Source: Octopus bimaculoides (Eukaryota). Taken from it: DNA of 64,000 nucleotides. Position numbers and translations under genes: made by a program. Location: the NCBI RefSeq assembly GCF_001194135.2, contig NC_068982.1, positions 105,294,641 through 105,358,640 of the forward strand. The letters are read 5' to 3'. How positions within the stretch are numbered: position 1 is the stretch's first letter; the number at the start of each line of letters is the position of its first letter. The notes under the pieces are model-generated. The model did no database searches and was not told where the DNA came from. It saw nothing but the letters and a program-made list of their open reading frames with translations. This document shows positions 60,290 to 64,000 of this stretch, one piece after another.

Positions 60290-61370
60290 AGAATCCTGAA
60301 AACGTGGCTAACGGGGCTCTGGTATTGCAAGTACCCAACGGCGGATCTGTTCCTAGTGAAGGCGGATGAGGGTGATGTCATGCAAGCTGGCTATAAAGGT
60401 GGACTACGACAAACTGGAGTTCCAGCAGCTTGCTGCAGGAAGCCTGCAAACAAGACCAGATGGGCTGGTCCCAAGGAAGAGCATAGGATCTTATCCACCA
60501 ACTGCGGCAGCTCATTGCAGCAGAAGACAAGGGTCAATCGTCTCGAGACTCCTCCTGCTATTGAACCCCCCTCGCCTTCTGTCAAGTGCATGCAGCTGAG
60601 AACTGTGCATCCTCTCCAGCACCTTAAACTTTTCACAGCACAAGCTTCGCCTTTCATCCTTCATTCTCTTTCATCCTCTCTGCAAGTCCTGCGGCGATGA
60701 GATCATCTGGTGATGGGCAGACTAGGATGCAGTTGGAAGCCTCTAGTTGGAGTCCTGCATGTAGGCAGCATAAGTAAGATGGTCGTTGTTGTATGAACTT
60801 GTGCATGAACATCCACCTCGGCCCTGCCTTTGTGTTCAGGCAGCCCTTTTCAGGGATAGCACTGCCTGCTCCACATGGGGAAGGGCCTAGAAAATGTGAC
60901 TTAGAAAAAGCTCGTTCTCACTTTCTCGACTGGGTAACCGCTCCCAATGAGTCACCCCCAAACATGCAGTTGAAACCAAGCATCAAAATTGAAAAAGAAA
61001 AAGAAACCCTCGAACCTCATCCTTGCATGTTGGAATGTTCACACTCTCTTTGACGTTTCACATGATGAGCCAGACACTTGACAACCCCTGCGATGTACTC
61101 CTATTGTAGCCACCGAATTCAAGCACTACAACGTCAACATTGCTGCACTCAGTGAGACTCATTTCTCCAATGAGGGTTCCCTCACTGAAGAAGCTGGTGA
61201 ATACACCTTCTTCTGAAAAGGACATCCCTTTGGAATGCCCCGTTTGCATGGGGTTGGTTTCGCAAGCAAGAACAACTTGTTGCAGAAAATTCCTGGAGTA
61301 CCCTCCTGTATCAGCGAGCACCTGATGACAATCAAAATCCTACTGAGGGTGTTCCAGAATGAACTATCTG
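60290..61370 (+). mobile_element. RTE (BovB-like) LINE 5' region with start of APE endonuclease
   Basis: 61016-61350 reads LILACWNVHTL...YNVNIAALSETHFSNEGSLTEEAGEYTFF*KG...HGVGFA...ISEHLMT, with in-frame stops; GC-rich upstream leader. Confidence 0.85.
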
Positions 61371-62108
61371 TTTCAATGAAGTTGAGCATATTTAAAAAAA
61401 AAAACTGACAAAAATTATAAAATTATAAACAAAATTCAAAATCATAGACTTTTAACACATATTAAACATGATAAACATAAATAAAAGTGAGTTTTTAAAA
61501 AATGATATGTCAATCTCTATTTTGTAAGCAGTTGTATGTCTTTATTTTTGTATGCAATGTAAATGAACCAAATATAAGCATATGTACAAACTGCTAATTT
61601 AACAGTAAATGCCACGATAATTGTTATAGATAAATTACTTAATGTATATATATATATATATATTAAGCACATGTATTAAATGTCAATTTAAGAGTTAATA
61701 TGTAGCTGTAAATACCTTGCAGCCTCGCAACTGCTGCGATAATTATTAACTGTTAATTGAATGGTATATGTGTAAAATAAGATCATCTTAGTGTTATCAC
61801 ATCAGAATTGAAAGTGAAAGAATAAAAGTGAAGCAATATTATATCACACTAGTCCTGGTGATGTGAAATAAACCAAGCACCATGAACGCTCTTTAAACTG
61901 GATCTCATTAGGGAAAGCATCCAACCATAGAGATCATGTTAAAGCTTAAACTGGAGCACAACACAGTTCTCTGACTTGTTGAATCCTGTCAAACTATCCA
62001 CATTAAATGAGGAAAATGATGACAATGATATATATATGTATGTGTGTGTGTGTGTGTGTGTGTATGCATGTGTGTATGTTTAGGGTTAGAATTGTTGTAC
62101 AGATATTG

Positions 62109-62277
62109 TATATTGAGAAAAAGGAGGCAGTCAGAATTTTGGACAATTCTTTATTAGCACTTTCATCTGTTTAACCAAATTCTTCAAGAAAATTTTTGTT
62201 GAAGAATTCGGTTAAACAATTGAAGCACTAATAAAAAAATTATCCAAAATTCTGACTGCCTCCTATTTCTTAATATA
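62109..62277. mobile_element. Fold-back (hairpin) MITE flanked by TA
   Basis: tattgagaaaaaggaggcagtcagaattttgga...ttcttcaa / ttgaagaattc...tccaaaattctgactgcctcctatttcttaata. Confidence 0.8.
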
Positions 62278-62289
62278 TATATATTAATG

Positions 62290-62800
62290 ATGGGCGACTT
62301 CAAACTACCCTTTGTAGACTGGTCCACTAAGAACCTTCACCTCAAGCTCAGACAAAGCAGCAGTGGTATTACTTCTTAAATTGATGGATAATTTTGTTCC
62401 TGTCACAACTCGTCCATGAACCAACCAGAAAAAACCAAAGTGTCTTAGACCTAGTGCTAAGCAACCATGCTAACACTATTCATAACATCACAGTGGAAAG
62501 AACCCTGCTTCTCTGATCATGACATATTACTCTGTAACATCAACCTTCAGCATCCAAAAATTTGACATAAACCACTATCTTCAGTGCACCCATTTGATAA
62601 CATGAATTTATGAAAGTCAAACTGGAGTGCCATCACTCAAGACTTATTGCAAGTGGACTGGTCTTTCACCCTTGCTTCCTCCAATACCACAACAAACACA
62701 AAACGTATGGCAACTATTTGAGGATACAGTCACCCACATACGTTCAAAACACACACCCTGACAACTCATACATAATAGTAGATGCAGGATTCCAAAACAG
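62290..62800 (+). mobile_element. CR1-like LINE endonuclease C-terminal fragment
   Basis: MGDFKLPFVDW...LSQLVHEPTRKNQSVLDLVL...SDHDIL across frameshifts. Confidence 0.7.
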
Positions 62801-62819
62801 AGAAAAGCACTCACCAGGA

Positions 62820-62866
<47 letters not shown>

Positions 62867-63086
62867 TATATGCGTATGTGCGTGTGTGTGAATATTGGAA
62901 GAAAGATGTTAAAAAATTCAAAATGATAAAAAGCATATAGAATATGTATGAAATTACTATAGAACAGGCAGACTATAAACTTACAATCTAAATGTTCTGT
63001 CTTCATATTTCTCTATTAATACACTATTGATAGGCAATTAACTTAATAGTGATGCACACTTAACACATGCAACAGGCAATTAGTTA

Positions 63087-63136
<50 letters not shown>

Positions 63137-64000
63137 AAATGTCTGTACTTAATGGTTTAGTCTAGTCTGGATTACTTTATAGTAATGGACTGAAATGGAT
63201 GTTTAGAGATGAGATGTAATGGTGATATGACTATAACAGGAAAGGTGTGTATAAGATGGGTTAGAAAACTAGATAAAAAGCATGTAGGAAAGAAGGAAAG
63301 AAAGGCTGACAGACTTAGTTGGATAGATAGATAGATAGATCACATGTAGATCACATGTAGGGAGGTAGTGTTGTTTGTTTTCAAACTTCCATAAAAACAT
63401 GTGCAGGCATAGGAAAATATTATCTTATGTGGAAACAAGAGAGGGTTGATGAGGGAAGGGCATGTATCCATATAATATTTACCTCAATGATTTCTGCTTG
63501 AATCTATGCATGCATGAAGTGGTAAATGTTAAAAAATGATGATGATGATGATGATGATGATGGTAATATGTATGCATCTATATATTTAGATATACATGTA
63601 TATCTCTATCTATCTATCTATCTATATGTATATACACACACAAGAATATAGATAAATAGATAGATAGATACATTTCTCTTATTAGCCACACAGGGCTCAA
63701 CAAAGATGGGACGAATACAATGTAGAGCTTTTCTTTTTGGGAGGGGAAAAAATAAAAAAGTAGGGGTGGGTGTCGATCAAAAGGGATCGTAGGAAGGAAA
63801 AAAGGGGGGAGTTCGATCAAAAGGGACCGAGAGAGAAAAAAAAAAAAAAGCGATCAATAGGGATCGTGTATCACAGTAATGTTCTCGTGTAAAAAGAGGG
63901 GAGGACAGTTTAGGTTTAGCCGTGGAAAGAAAAGCCTACGGAAAAGACCACGGTAACCTTGGTCAATATTGTCATTGCAGAAACTATAACAGTAAGTGAC

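Noticed and set aside
59078-60381. Multiple long YI/CV/HT-repeat ORFs, including those spanning N gaps here and at 48.1-48.7 and 56.3-56.8 kb
   Set aside because: Translations of (TA)n, (TG)n and N runs.

Overview
AT-rich, microsatellite- and SINE-dense eukaryotic genomic scaffold with seven N gaps. The repeat families and composition suggest a coleoid cephalopod, probably Octopus (inference, not a database result). Two convergent intron-containing genes were reconstructed by hand from GT-AG sites with consistent phases. The first is a 10-exon BOD1L1 orthologue on + (CDS 1659-28514, 1487 aa) with an N-terminal BOD1/Shg1 domain, a long Pro-rich exon, conserved SSVHTSDLSSF and YSDSDD..AKEKEER motifs and an SP/R-rich tail. 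The second is a 7-exon mitochondrial peroxiredoxin PRDX3 on - (CDS 46984 to 30815, 232 aa) with an NRF-1-like site about 100 bp upstream. The rest is tRNA-derived SINEs, LINE remnants (RTE, R4/Dong-like, CR1-like, Penelope), mariner and piggyBac-type MITEs and a split Ty3/Gypsy element. Most notable: (1) a second, still open and splice-competent copy of the PRDX3 presequence exon 8.7 kb away and upstream of the promoter, with a patchy identity profile; (2) an inverted pair of minimal hammerhead ribozymes forming a 107-bp hairpin in BOD1L1 intron 1, plus a second, degenerate hammerhead at 56.1 kb; (3) a Gypsy insertion whose 5' half is inverted relative to its 3' half, either a real inversion or a mis-oriented contig.
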